Assembly: GCA_029717555.1 (NCBI GenBank)
Contig: JAMDHS010000091.1
Coordinates: forward strand, 61,501-81,500
DNA: 20,000 nt
Source of the DNA: Peribolospora baueri
Taxonomy: Eukaryota
Reading direction: 5' to 3'
This document shows positions 9,701 through 20,000 of the stretch, in pieces. Below the pieces are notes generated by a model. It ran no database searches, had not been told where the DNA came from, and was given only the letters and a program-made list of their open reading frames with translations. Within the stretch, counting starts at the first letter, position 1. Each line of letters begins with the position of its first letter. The position numbers and the translations under genes are program-made.

Positions 9701-11050
9701 GTCTATACACGTTTAGATAGGTACATGTGCCCCAAAACAAGTCGAGATGGACCGCCCTCGATTTATATTTTTCTTTCTTCCTTTCTTCCACTCCCCCCGC
9801 ACCCTGGGCATCGTTTCCCCCATCTGGGGGTCATCCATCCGTCGAGGGCGCATATTGGTGAAAAGAGGGAGGGTGGTGGGAGGACAGACAGACGTGCTTC
9901 CTTCCGTCCGCTACCCGTCCGTCCCGAGCGCGGGCGTACATATACTTACGACCTAGTATACGGTAGTAATTCGAGTAAGGAAAAGCAAGCGAGTAAGGAC
10001 GCGGGTGATGCGTCCCGCCGTGCGTGCCCGTGCCGTCTTTGGAATCACTGCCTTCGTTCCAGCCAGTCGAGGGAGGGAGGGGGAGCGGCGACTTAGGGCC
10101 GTCTGGGGCGACGTCGAGGGCGAGGTGGGAGCCGGTTCGGTTCGACTCTACTCGACTCGACGATCGCTGCTCGGCGTTGACTTGCTTGGCCTTGGCTCCA
10201 CCCGCTGCTGCTGCCGCTGCCACCCTCTCTGGCCTAACTTCATCCCCCTCTCTCGCCCGCCGGCGTTGTCGCTTCCCCTCCGTCGTCGGCCCGCGGCGCG
10301 TGGCGGGCGGCCAGCGCAGGCGCAGGCGAAGGCGGGCTCGGGTCCCCTTGTGGTTTGCCCGTGTGCGCTGTCCCCTTGCCTTGCTTTGGCTTGTGCGCAG
10401 GCCTGGCTCGCCGTCGACGTCCACGGCAAGGAGGAGGTCGACGTCGACGTCGGACGTAATAAGCACGCGCCCATACGTATGTCGTATATACAATACAACA
10501 GCGCAAGAACAAGCAAGCAGCAGCGAGTGAACGTCCGTCCAGTCCAACACTCCACCCGCGGGATCGCATGCGCATGCGCGTCGCCTCGCCTCGGACGTGG
10601 ACGCCGGCTCACCGCATAGTTGCCGCCTCCTCTGACTGCACACTACTACTACTACTAGTCAGCCCGCTTCCTGCTCATCTCCCATCCCCGCGGCCTTCTC
10701 TTCTCCCTTCCACGCGTCTTCTCGCCTCCATCGCCTCGCCTCGGCCTTCCACCTTGGCCGTCGTTACCCATCGACCATCGACCATCGACCATCTCCCCAC
10801 CTCCATCTCCATCTCCATCTCCTCCTCCTCCATCCCCGCCCTTTCCTTTCTTCGCTTCAACCTCCTTTTCACCCCCACGCCATCCTCATCTCTTGCACTC
10901 TCTCACACTCCCTCCTTCCACCCTCCTTGCCCTATCTCCCTCCTCCTTTTTCCGTCCTCACACGCCACACCCTAACGCCAGCAGCAGCAACAGCGACAAC
11001 GGCGTCGACCCCGACCACGACAACAACAACAACGCGCAGTCACGCAAATC

Positions 11051-13246
11051 ATGCCCGTAGCCCCCTCCGCCGGCCGGCAGGCCCTCGTTCATGCGGCCGC
11101 AGCGTCCCTTGACGAACGACGGCACGACGACGACCGACCCTCCTCACCGTCGTCCTCCTCCTCCTCGCCCGCACAGGCGAGACACAGCGCGCAAATCACT
11201 CTCCTCCCGTCGCCGACCTCTACTCTTCCTTCTCGGGACGCAACCCCCGTCGTCGTCTCCCCTCTCTCTCCTCCCGCGCCCACTCCGCCGCCGGCCGCCT
11301 TGATTCAACAGAACGGCATCCTCTCCCCTTCTCTTTCCGACGCACAGGCTCATCGGATAGCCGAGGACCGCCTTGCTCGCGGTGATCCTGTGTGGATAGG
11401 ACCCTTGGACGGTAGTGACCGTCCATTTGTGGATCCCAACGGCCGACGGCCCGGCGGAAAACAGCGCATACATCAAGCTTGGCAACCTGGCCGAGGTGAA
11501 CGGATCATGTGGACCGGCTCCGATGAACAGGAGGACGAGGACCAGGACGAAGACTTCGAACAGGACAGCGTGGATTGGGATGACGAGGTGCCCACGTTCG
11601 AGATAGCCGCCGGTGCCCCCCCGTCTGGTCCTCCTTCCGGTCTCATCGACAAAAACGCCGCCCATACTCCTCCCTCTCACCCCTCCTCTTCTACCTCTCA
11701 CGCCGCTTTCCGAGTGCAACAACCGCCGCGACCAAAGCGACGGCGAACAGGGTCGCTCGAAAACCAGCTTCCGTCCACCCGTTCCCGACGCGGTCAGGCC
11801 AAGAAAAGGAAAAGGCGCGACCTCGAGGAACGGGCGGGCCCGGACCAGGGGTATCCGGACTGCACTCACGTCGGCAACATCGTCCAGAGCTGCTTCCCGA
11901 CCAATACCACCCAACTGATGCAGGGCGTGTGGTCCAAGTTCATTTGGAACGCAAACGAGCCGACCTTTATCGGCGCCGGCGGCGTGGACATCTACCTCTA
12001 TGACGCGGACAGCGAGCAGATCAAGACGTCCTGGACGTCCATCGCCAACGGCAGGGGCAGCATCGGCCTCGACCCGGGCGACGTCTGGTGGGCGGGCCAA
12101 TCGGATGCGGATAACCTCGCGGCGGGGACGAATTTGAGCCACCCGTTCTTCTTCGTCATCGTCCCCACCGGCCAGGAGCTGACCGGCGGCGAGAGCCACC
12201 TGGCGACGTTCACCGCCATCCAGACCGCCCTCCCGCAGTCCGTCGTCTCTTCCCGATCCTCCGCGTCGGTGGCGTCCGCGTCGTCAGCCTCGATGGCGTC
12301 CATGTCCTCGCTCGGCATCACCGTCAGCAACGGCCACACCATTACCACCTCCCGACCTGGCGCCACGTCCGGTACCGGGTCGGGCTCGCTGAACAGTGGT
12401 AGCGGCGACGGCTCGTCCATCCCGCACTGGGCGATTGCCGTCATCGTCGTGCTCGGCTTCTTCGCCCTCCTCGCTGCCGTGGGGGCTGCGTATGCGATCA
12501 TACGCTACCTCCGTCGGCACAGGGAGGCAAGCGTGGGCAGCATGACCAGCCACGGTCTGCTGGTGGGCGGGGCGGCCGCCGCTGGGGGAAGGGATAGCGA
12601 AGGCAGTGGCGGTGGCGGTGGCCCTGCCGTCGGCGCCGGCGCCGGCGGCGACGGCAGCGGTCGGTTGGGGACCTCGGCAGGCTCGAGCGCGAGGGCCCTC
12701 AGCGTGGGCGATCGCAACCTGCTCGGCGCCGACCTCGCGGTGGCTGGCGCTGCCGGAGCGGGAGCAGCCGCCGCCGCGGGCGCCATGTCGCGGGATCGTA
12801 GCCGAGCAGGGTCTGCGCGGTCGGGCGCGCGACCTTCTGCGGCTGCGGGGACCGACGGCAACGGCGAAGGTGACGCCAGCAGGGCTGGTGCTGGTGCTGG
12901 TGTGGGCGAGGAGGGCGCATTGTCGGGCGCCGAGGCGGCGCTGATGGCCGAGGCGTTCCGCAAGGCTTTGCGCAAGCCCGACTTTCCGGGCGATTCTGCG
13001 GAAGAGGAGGAGGAGGAGGGATCGAACTCTGAAGAGCGTGGGAGGGGGGAGCAACAAGAGGACGGCGGCTCCGGGGCTTCGACGGGGAAGATGGGAGGGG
13101 AGGAGCTGTTGAGGGGCGAGTTGGCGAGCGAGGGCAAGGAGGTGCGCAGGGTGCCCGGGAGGGGCAAGGCGCAGGTCTGGCACCCCGAAGACGAGGGCTT
13201 GCTGAGCGCTAGGGAACAGGAGCAGGGGCAGGAGCAGGAGTCGTAG
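11051..13246 (+). CDS. Single-pass membrane protein of unknown function (Mid2/sensor-like architecture), 731 aa
   Basis: Uninterrupted 731-codon ORF preceded by a CT-rich leader. Architecture: Pro/Ser-rich and acidic N-terminus; globular Cys/Trp-containing segment (YPDC..SCFP..WSKFIWN..VDIYLYDAD..FFFVIVP..ATFTAIQT); Ser/Thr-rich stalk; hydrophobic helix WAIAVIVVLGFFALLAAVGAAYAII followed by RYLRRHR (positive-inside rule); Gly/Ala-rich tail with an ordered EAALMAEAFRKALRKPDF motif. Confidence 0.85.
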   Translation: MPVAPSAGRQALVHAAAASLDERRHDDDRPSSPSSSSSSPAQARHSAQITLLPSPTSTLPSRDATPVVVSPLSPPAPTPPPAALIQQNGILSPSLSDAQAHRIAEDRLARGDPVWIGPLDGSDRPFVDPNGRRPGGKQRIHQAWQPGRGERIMWTGSDEQEDEDQDEDFEQDSVDWDDEVPTFEIAAGAPPSGPPSGLIDKNAAHTPPSHPSSSTSHAAFRVQQPPRPKRRRTGSLENQLPSTRSRRGQAKKRKRRDLEERAGPDQGYPDCTHVGNIVQSCFPTNTTQLMQGVWSKFIWNANEPTFIGAGGVDIYLYDADSEQIKTSWTSIANGRGSIGLDPGDVWWAGQSDADNLAAGTNLSHPFFFVIVPTGQELTGGESHLATFTAIQTALPQSVVSSRSSASVASASSASMASMSSLGITVSNGHTITTSRPGATSGTGSGSLNSGSGDGSSIPHWAIAVIVVLGFFALLAAVGAAYAIIRYLRRHREASVGSMTSHGLLVGGAAAAGGRDSEGSGGGGGPAVGAGAGGDGSGRLGTSAGSSARALSVGDRNLLGADLAVAGAAGAGAAAAAGAMSRDRSRAGSARSGARPSAAAGTDGNGEGDASRAGAGAGVGEEGALSGAEAALMAEAFRKALRKPDFPGDSAEEEEEEGSNSEERGRGEQQEDGGSGASTGKMGGEELLRGELASEGKEVRRVPGRGKAQVWHPEDEGLLSAREQEQGQEQES

Positions 13247-13755
13247 AAGGGCATTTTCTTTTCTTTTCTTTTCTTTTCTATGTTCCGTTTCCGTTCTTCG
13301 TCGTCTTTCGCCCGCCGCTCAGGGACGTTTTCTTGGGACACTCTCCTTGGTTCTCTTTTTATTCCACCCCACCCCACCCCACGCTCGTCTTGGTCCGCTA
13401 AGGAACGCTGTCTCCGGCCCCCCATCATTTCAATGCGCTTGTCCCACTCCTTTCCTTTTGCGTCGCTCTCCTCTTTTCTTCCAACGGACACAACACCGTT
13501 CTCCGTCTGTCTTTTCTTTCCTGCTGGGCTTCGATCGGATCGCTTTCAATGCCTCTCTCCGTCGTCGGACACGTTCACATCTCTTTTCATCTCATCGCGT
13601 TCATTTCATCTCGTCTCGATCCCCCGCGACTTCACTTTGCATTTTTCCCTACCTCTGGTGCCGTCCATCCCATCACTTCCGTTTCCGCCCGTCTGTTTCG
13701 CTTTTTTCTCTCGCGCCTGGCGTTTTTGGTCTCTCTCCTCTTCCGTACGCCCGCA

Positions 13756-13900
13756 CTGTCTGTCTGTTTGTCTGTCTGCCTGCCTGTTCGTTTGTCTGTC
13801 TGCCTGCCTGCCCGCTTGTCCGTCTGCCTGCTGCCAGCCTACCTATCTGCCAGCCTCCCTACCTACCTATCCACCCAACCAGCTACCTACTTTTTCTTAC
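13756..13900. repeat. Compound degenerate tetranucleotide microsatellite (CTGT/CTGC/CCTA)
   Basis: ctgtctgtctgtttgtctgtctgcctgcctg...cctacctacctat, downstream of the membrane protein gene. Confidence 0.8.
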
Positions 13901-14110
13901 CTGCCTACTGCATAACGCGAGGTACGTACGCGCATGCGTACGTACGCCGTGTCGACCCCGGTCGACGTGTCAAACAGCGCTGCCTGCTCTCCATTCATCT
14001 CCTCTCCTTTCCTTCCTTCCTTCGTCCGTTCGTTTGTCGGTGAAGAAATGAGGATTATTGGCTGGTGTATTGGATTTTTGGTTTTGGTTCGGCTTAGACC
14101 TCGTCTGTCC

Positions 14111-14135
14111 TGTTACTGTTACTGTTACTGTTACT
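14111..14135. repeat. (TGTTAC)4 hexanucleotide repeat
   Basis: Read directly from the sequence. Confidence 0.9.
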
Positions 14136-15661
14136 CTGCGTGTGTGTGTTTCCGAGCTTAGCCTGGCGCTGGTGCGTGTTTGGCGAGTGCGAGTGCGACG
14201 GGAATGCGAGTGCGGTGCAAGAGCGAGGGGATGGACGGGAGGGACTGCCGACGGAGTTGGTCACCATCACCGTCGGTCGGTCGGTACTTGGGTGCGAGGT
14301 GAGAAGGCCCGGCGGCAGGGGTCCGGTATACGTGCGCGTGCGTATTACGTGTGCGTTGCGTGTGCGTGCGTGTGCGTGTGCGTATTGCGTGTTGCCTGTG
14401 TGCGCGCAGCGCATCGACTTCCTTCTGGCCCGGCCAGCCAGGCACGGCCCGACCGCGGGGGGCAGGGAGGACAAGGACAAGGACAAGCGGAGGTGAAACG
14501 GATGAGAAGCCCGGCATTTCAAAAGCGCGAATTAAAAATAAGAATAAGGGGAGGGGTTTAGTAGAACGCCGACCGACGCACGCAGCACGCGGCGGCGGTC
14601 GGCGGGCGGCGGGCGGCATTTGTTTTTGTTTTGTAATTCAATTTGCCTTTTTGCTTTTCCTTTTTCGCTTTCCTTTTTTCTTTCTTTCGCCTGCGCTTTT
14701 CGTCGACGAGACGAGGGGGGGTCGCCGGTTTGCGCACTACAGACTACTACTACTGTATCTAGCTGCATCTTCTAGCCGCTGTAGTGTATCGCCGCCAGCG
14801 AGCACAGCCAGCAGGTCCCCGTCCGTCGGCGAGCGCCAGCCAGGCAGGCCACGCCGCTCCGTCCGTCTAACGCCTTTTCCTTCCCTCCGCCGACCGCTCA
14901 GACCGCCACGCCAGCCAACGCAACGCGACCCGCCCAGCCCGGCTTGTCCGTCCATCTTCCATCCGCCAAATCTCGACGCCCACCCACCACCCTCGTCTGA
15001 ACCCCTCGCCCGCCCGACCGCGATTGGAACGGGAGCGACTCGACTCGACTCCAGCCCGCCGGACCAAATCGCTCGCTGCCTGGCCGGACGCGTGCGTGCG
15101 TGCGTGTGTTCGTGTGTGTGCGTGCGTAGGAAAGACGTCTGAGACGACCGACGGACGCCCGGATCGCATTCGATTCTATTCGACTCGCATCCCATCTCAT
15201 CTCATCCACCGACGACGGGAGACCGACGACGACGGCGACGACAACAGCGACGGCGACAACGACAACGACGTCGACGTCCGACCGACCGACGCTCGAATCG
15301 ACTCGACTCGGGCTCGACTTGAATCCACTTCCAACTCGGCCGCTTGTCTCATCTCCATCCCCCACCGGCATCCATCGTCCATCGTCCATCGTCCATCCTT
15401 CCATCCTTCCTTCCTTCCTTCCTTCCATCTCATCCTCCATCCCCCATCTACCCTCCTTCCACTCCCTCCTCCCGTGACTTCCACCCCTCCTTCTTCCCTC
15501 CTCCCCTTCTCCCCTCCCTCTCCCGTCCGCCCTCCGCTCCCGCGCGCGCGCTTTCCGACCCTCGTCTCCCCGCCCCATCCACACCTCCGCCCTCCCTCCA
15601 TCCGCCTCGGCCTCGTCTCGGTCCAGCTCCCGCTGCCGCCCTTTTCGTCGATGTGGACAAG

Positions 15662-18600
15662 ATGAAGGGGCTCAAGAAGGCGATGGTCAGTCCTTTCTCC
15701 TTTCGTCTCTCATCACCACCACCACCACCTTGCGATCCGATGCGCCGCGCGCCTTTGCCTTTCCTCCCTCCCGCGCTCCTTCTCCATCCGCCTTGCCTCG
15801 CCGCCGTCGCTGCCTTCGCCTTCACTTACTCATCCTCCTTCCTCTTCCCCTCTTCCCCTTCCCCCGCGCGCCTGTCCATCGCCGCCCTCGACGCTTCTTC
15901 GCCTCCGCAACGACCACCGACACGCCCGCCCCATCCATTTCCATCTCTACCCCTCTCGTCTTGCTCCTTGTACTCTCTTTTCCTAGAACCTTTCGCGGAG
16001 CAAGAGCGACGCCAACGGCACATCGCGACACCAGGCCTCCGGCCCCGCCGTGCCGTCCAAGAACGGCTCCGCCTCCTCCGGCGGCGGTCTTCTCGGCACC
16101 ACCTTCAGAGGCGCCAACACGTCCAACCCTTCTCTCCGTGACGCCCCCGCCTCCAACAATCTTCCCTCCGCCAACATCGTCCGAGGCTCTTCCCCCGCCC
16201 AAACGCCTGCCTTTCTCTCTTCCTCCGCCTCCTCCTCCGCCTCTTCCTCGTCCTCCGCCACCTCCTCTTCCTTCCCCTCCGCCTCCAACAACGAACGAAG
16301 GCCCGCAGGCCTCCCCTCCGTCCTGCCCTCCGGCGCCAGCTCGGCCACCGGATCAGCACCGCCAACGTCCTCGCCACCGCTCGCCGACAAGGCATCTGTC
16401 GCGCCCCCCATCGTCGTCGTCTCCTCCGAGATGCCCGCCGACCCCCTTCCGCACCCTTCCGCCCACCCTCACCACCCCCTCCATCACCGTCCCCAGTCGC
16501 CCCCGCTCGGCGCCGCCGGCGCCGCTCCCACCCTCACCACCGGTCCCACCACTCCTGGCTACAACCCGGCCGTCGCTGGCACTGCCGCTGCCGCCGCCAC
16601 CGCTCCTGGAGCTGGTCTTGGACCTGGGGCGGCGACAGCAGGCGTGTCGGCCGCAGGGTCGGGGATCGGAGTGGGCCTCCCCTCGTCCGAGGGCCTGTCG
16701 AACCCGATGAGCAAATTCCGCAACACCCCCAAGGACATCCTTCCCGGTACGGCCAAGACGCCGCCGAGGAAGCAGAAGAGGAGCAGCTTGCATCAGTCGG
16801 AGAAGATTGAGCTGGAGAAGTTGCCCGGGTTCAATGGTGCGTTCCCCTTTTTCCTCTCTCTCGCCCCCGCCGTTCTTGCGCAGAGGAGGATGGAGTGCCA
16901 CTGCAGGATCGCTGACCTCCTCCCGCCCCGTTTGCCCCCACATCCCTTCGCAGAGGTCGTGCCAGCGGATCGTTCAGAGCTGTTCGTGCGCAAGCTTCGT
17001 CAATCATGCGTCGTCTTCGACTTTAACGACCCCAACGCCGATTTGCAGGGCAAACAGATCAAGGCGCAGACGTTGCACGAGATGCTCGAGTACATCAACT
17101 CGCAAAGGGGGGTCATCACTGATAACCTCTATCCCGAGGTCGTCCACATGGTGAGCGCCGTGCATGCGCAGCAGACCAGCTCCCGTGTCCCTCGACGGCT
17201 GCGAACGCTCACTGTTGCCCCCCCCTCGCTCCCACGCCCCTTCCAGTTCGCTGCCAACCTCTTCCGGTCCATTCCCCCGCAACAAAACCCGACGGGCGAC
17301 GCGTTCGACCCAGAGGAGGACGAGCCGGTGCTCGAGCTCGCCTGGCCTCACCTCCAGATCGTCTACGAGTTCTTCCTCCGCTTCGTCGAGAGCCCGGACT
17401 TTAACACCAACATGGCCAAAAAGTTTATCGACCAGCACTTTGTCCTGCAGGTGAGTGGACGTCAGACGCCCGAGTTGGGGTCGAGCGGCGCTGACCACCC
17501 TGTCGTCGTCCGCTGGCTTTGCAGCTGCTCGAATTGTTCGACAGCGAAGACCCGCGCGAGCGCGACTTCCTCAAGACGACGCTGCACCGCATCTACGGCA
17601 AGTTCCTCAACCTGCGCGCTTTTATCCGACGGTCGATCAACAACGTCTTCTTCCAGTTCATCTACGAGACCGAGAGGCACAACGGCATCGCAGAGCTGCT
17701 CGAGATCCTCGGATCGATCATCAACGGCTTCGCACTGCCGCTCAAGGAGGAGCACAAGACCTTCCTCACCCGCGTCCTCATTCCCCTCCACAAGGTCAAG
17801 AGCCTCGCCCTCTATCACCCGCAGCTGGCGTACTGTGTGGTGCAGTTCCTGGAGAAGGACTCGACGCTCACCGAAGAGGTCCTCCTCGGCCTCCTCCGGT
17901 ACTGGCCCAAGGTGAATAGCCCGAAGGAGGTCATGTTCCTCAACGAGGTCGAGGAGATCCTCGACGTCATCGAGCCGAGCGAGTTTGTCAAGATACAGGT
18001 GCCCCTCTTCCAACAGCTCCAGCGGTGCATCAACAGCCAGCACTTTCAGGTCGCCGAGCGGGCGCTGTATTTCTGGAACAACGAGTACATTGTCAACCTC
18101 ATTGGCGATAACGTCAACGTCATCCTGCCCATCGTTTTCACCTCACTGTATCAGAATTCCAAGAGTCATTGGAATCGGTGCGTCTCCTAGGCCAGGCGCG
18201 GCTTCATGCGTCGTAGCGACGGTGCGTTCATCGAGATCTAACCCGCCCAGTCTCTCTCCCTTTGTCTTCAGGACCATCCACGGCCTCGTATACAACGCTC
18301 TCAAGCTCTTCATGGAGATAAACCCTCAGCTTTTTGACCTGTGTTCCAACAACTATAAGCAGACTCGACAGCTGTGAGTGTGCGCTCTCCCCCCATGTTT
18401 TGTCCTCTCTTCTCCAGTCTGATCGTCCCTTGTCCTCTCTCTTCTCCCGTCCGCTCGTCCCTTGTCCTCTCTCTGCTCTCGTCCGCTCGTCCACTCGGCG
18501 CCGCAGGGAACGGCAAAAAGCGAAGGCGAGAGACGAGGCGTGGCAACGGATGCGCGAGTCCGCGCTGCGCAACAGCGAAGCCATCGGCGCCGAGGTGCCT

Positions 18601-19199
18601 GCGACGCTCAAGGCGGACCTCTCCGCGGAGCGCTCGTCTCCCACGTCGTCTGAACCTTCGGCCGGCAAGGGCGTCTCCGCGGACGGCATCGGCGGCTTGG
18701 TCCTCGGCGATGATCCGGCGGGCTCGCCGGGCGTGGAGGGCGGACTTGGGAGCTCCGGAGCGAGAGCGAGAGCGTCGGCGGCGGCGGCGGCGGTCGGAGA
18801 AGGCGACGACGGTGACCGGCACGAGGGCGAGGACGACTTGGAGGACATGGTGAGTTTCCCTCCGTCTTTCTTTCTTTCTTCCTCGTCCGCCGGCCGTTGA
18901 CCACCGTTGCGTCGCATCTGCCTGCCTTCCCGTCAGGCCCCATTCCCGGAGACGGCCCGTCAGAACGCGAACAACGCGGGCGGAGCGGGCGCACCGCATG
19001 TGAGACGCAAGAGCGTGATCCCGATGGATCCCAACGTCTTGCGCGAGCTCGAGAGACATCGAAGTCTGGACAAGTGAGTAGTCACCGGTCGTCGGTCGGA
19101 TCGTATCGTCGTCACCCACTTGTCCGTGCTCATCTCCACCTCGTCTTTCTCGAATCCTCAAGTAGCGTTCTGGATCGGCCGCCGCCATCAGAGGGTTGA
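15662..19199 (+). CDS. RTS1: Protein phosphatase 2A regulatory subunit B56/B' (Rts1/Par1-like), ~847 aa
   Basis: Exons 15662-15685, 15987-16836, 16954-17150, 17247-17450, 17525-18177, 18272-18373, 18507-18849, 18937-19073, 19166-19199; all introns GT..AG; 2544 nt in frame. B56 motifs: [128 protein letters not shown]-terminal RRKSVIPMD. The last exon is less certain (alternative stop at 19075-19077). Confidence 0.96.
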
Positions 19200-19920
19200 G
19201 CCCGCGAGGCGAGATTTTGCCGGTCGAAGAAAAGACAATATCCTCCCTCTTTTCGCTTCCCTCCGCGCCCTCCCTGCCGTGCCGTCCTCTTCCTCTCGCC
19301 GCCGCCGCCGCCGTCGCCCTGCAGCCCCGTCAACAATTCGGTCACGACCGGCACACTCTTCCGCGCCCGACCGTCGTCGTCGTGGCGCGCCTCCTGCATA
19401 CGCCACTACCTCCCGGTACGGCGGCTGTCGGACGTCGTGACCGAACGCGCTTCGGCTCGGTTCGGCTCAGCTCGGCCTGGCGGCCCTGTATATTTCCAGG
19501 ATCGGTCGGTCGGTTCAGTTGTCCGGACTCGCGATGGAACAAAGGCCGTTCGTTGGCAGATAGGCGGCCTTCCCTCCCCTTTCGTCTTTTTTTCTTTTCA
19601 ACCTTTTTCGCCGGCTGCCTCCCTCTCCTTACTCCTTCTTCCCTCCCCTACGACTCTGTCTGCACTTTTTCGTCGTCTTCGATTCGCCTCGGATCGTCGC
19701 CTCCCCCCTTTTCATTTACTTTTCTTTTTTTTCTGGCTTGCCCCCTTTCCTTCGCAGGCCTTTCTTGCGCCTTTTTGGCTTTATCGTTCATCCCTTCCCT
19801 CCCGTCTCATTTCTCGCTCCCTTCTCGTCCCCTTCTCATCGCCGTCCGCGCCTCGTCCATGTCATTGTCACCGCGACTTTGACCTGTTCCCCGATCTACC
19901 CCGCCTCGGTCCGTTTCGTC

Positions 19921-19953
19921 TTTTTTTTTTTTTTTTTTTTTTTTTCTTTTTTT
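19921..19953. repeat. Poly(T) tract (T25 C T7) in the region 3' of the B56 gene
   Basis: Read directly; a second T run follows at ~19984-19995. Confidence 0.9.
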
Positions 19954-20000
19954 CTCCGAAACGTTCCTGTCCCATAGCCCCCCTTTTTTTTTTTTGCCTC

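Noticed and set aside
9942..9960. ATACTTAC as the 5' end of U1 snRNA
   Set aside because: It continues GACC rather than CTG, with no U1 stem-loops or Sm site.
9207..10643. ORFs between LEU4 and the membrane protein gene
   Set aside because: No recognisable domain or consistent exon structure; behaves as a divergent promoter region.
13280..15665. Many 100-260 aa ORFs in the intergenic region
   Set aside because: Translations are microsatellite-derived and low complexity, mostly with non-ATG starts and no motifs.
1231..19199. The four genes as a functional or biosynthetic cluster
   Set aside because: A kinase, a housekeeping LEU4, a membrane protein and B56 share no evident pathway link, and there is no PKS, NRPS or transporter. 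A link would need conserved-synteny evidence that I cannot obtain.

Overview
GC-rich, intron-containing eukaryotic DNA with fungal GT-AG introns and microsatellite-rich intergenic regions. It looks like a basidiomycete, possibly Ustilaginomycotina (inference only). I could assemble four protein genes by hand: (1) minus strand 5921-1231, an 8-exon, ~1365-aa TKL-like Ser/Thr kinase with a long disordered N-terminus and two helical SAP/HeH-like modules; (2) minus strand 8961-6879, a 3-exon 2-isopropylmalate synthase (LEU4, 619 aa); (3) plus strand 11051-13246, an intronless single-pass membrane protein of unknown function; (4) plus strand 15662-19199, a 9-exon PP2A B56/B' regulatory subunit (RTS1/par1-like, ~847 aa). 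A fifth gene may start at the left edge. No mobile element, CRISPR array, rRNA or tRNA was recognised. The most notable observation is that the kinase lacks the beta-3 catalytic lysine (VAIAD instead of VAIK) but has a lysine in the glycine-rich loop (GSGGFKDVY). This is a WNK-type arrangement in an otherwise TKL-looking kinase. One of its introns also contains an internal TAG|GTGAG site (recursive splicing or a kinase-less isoform). Other leads are a possible mitochondrial N-terminal extension of LEU4, a uORF overlapping the B56 start codon after a ~1.15-kb ATG-free leader, and an intron-retention switch at the B56 C-terminus.
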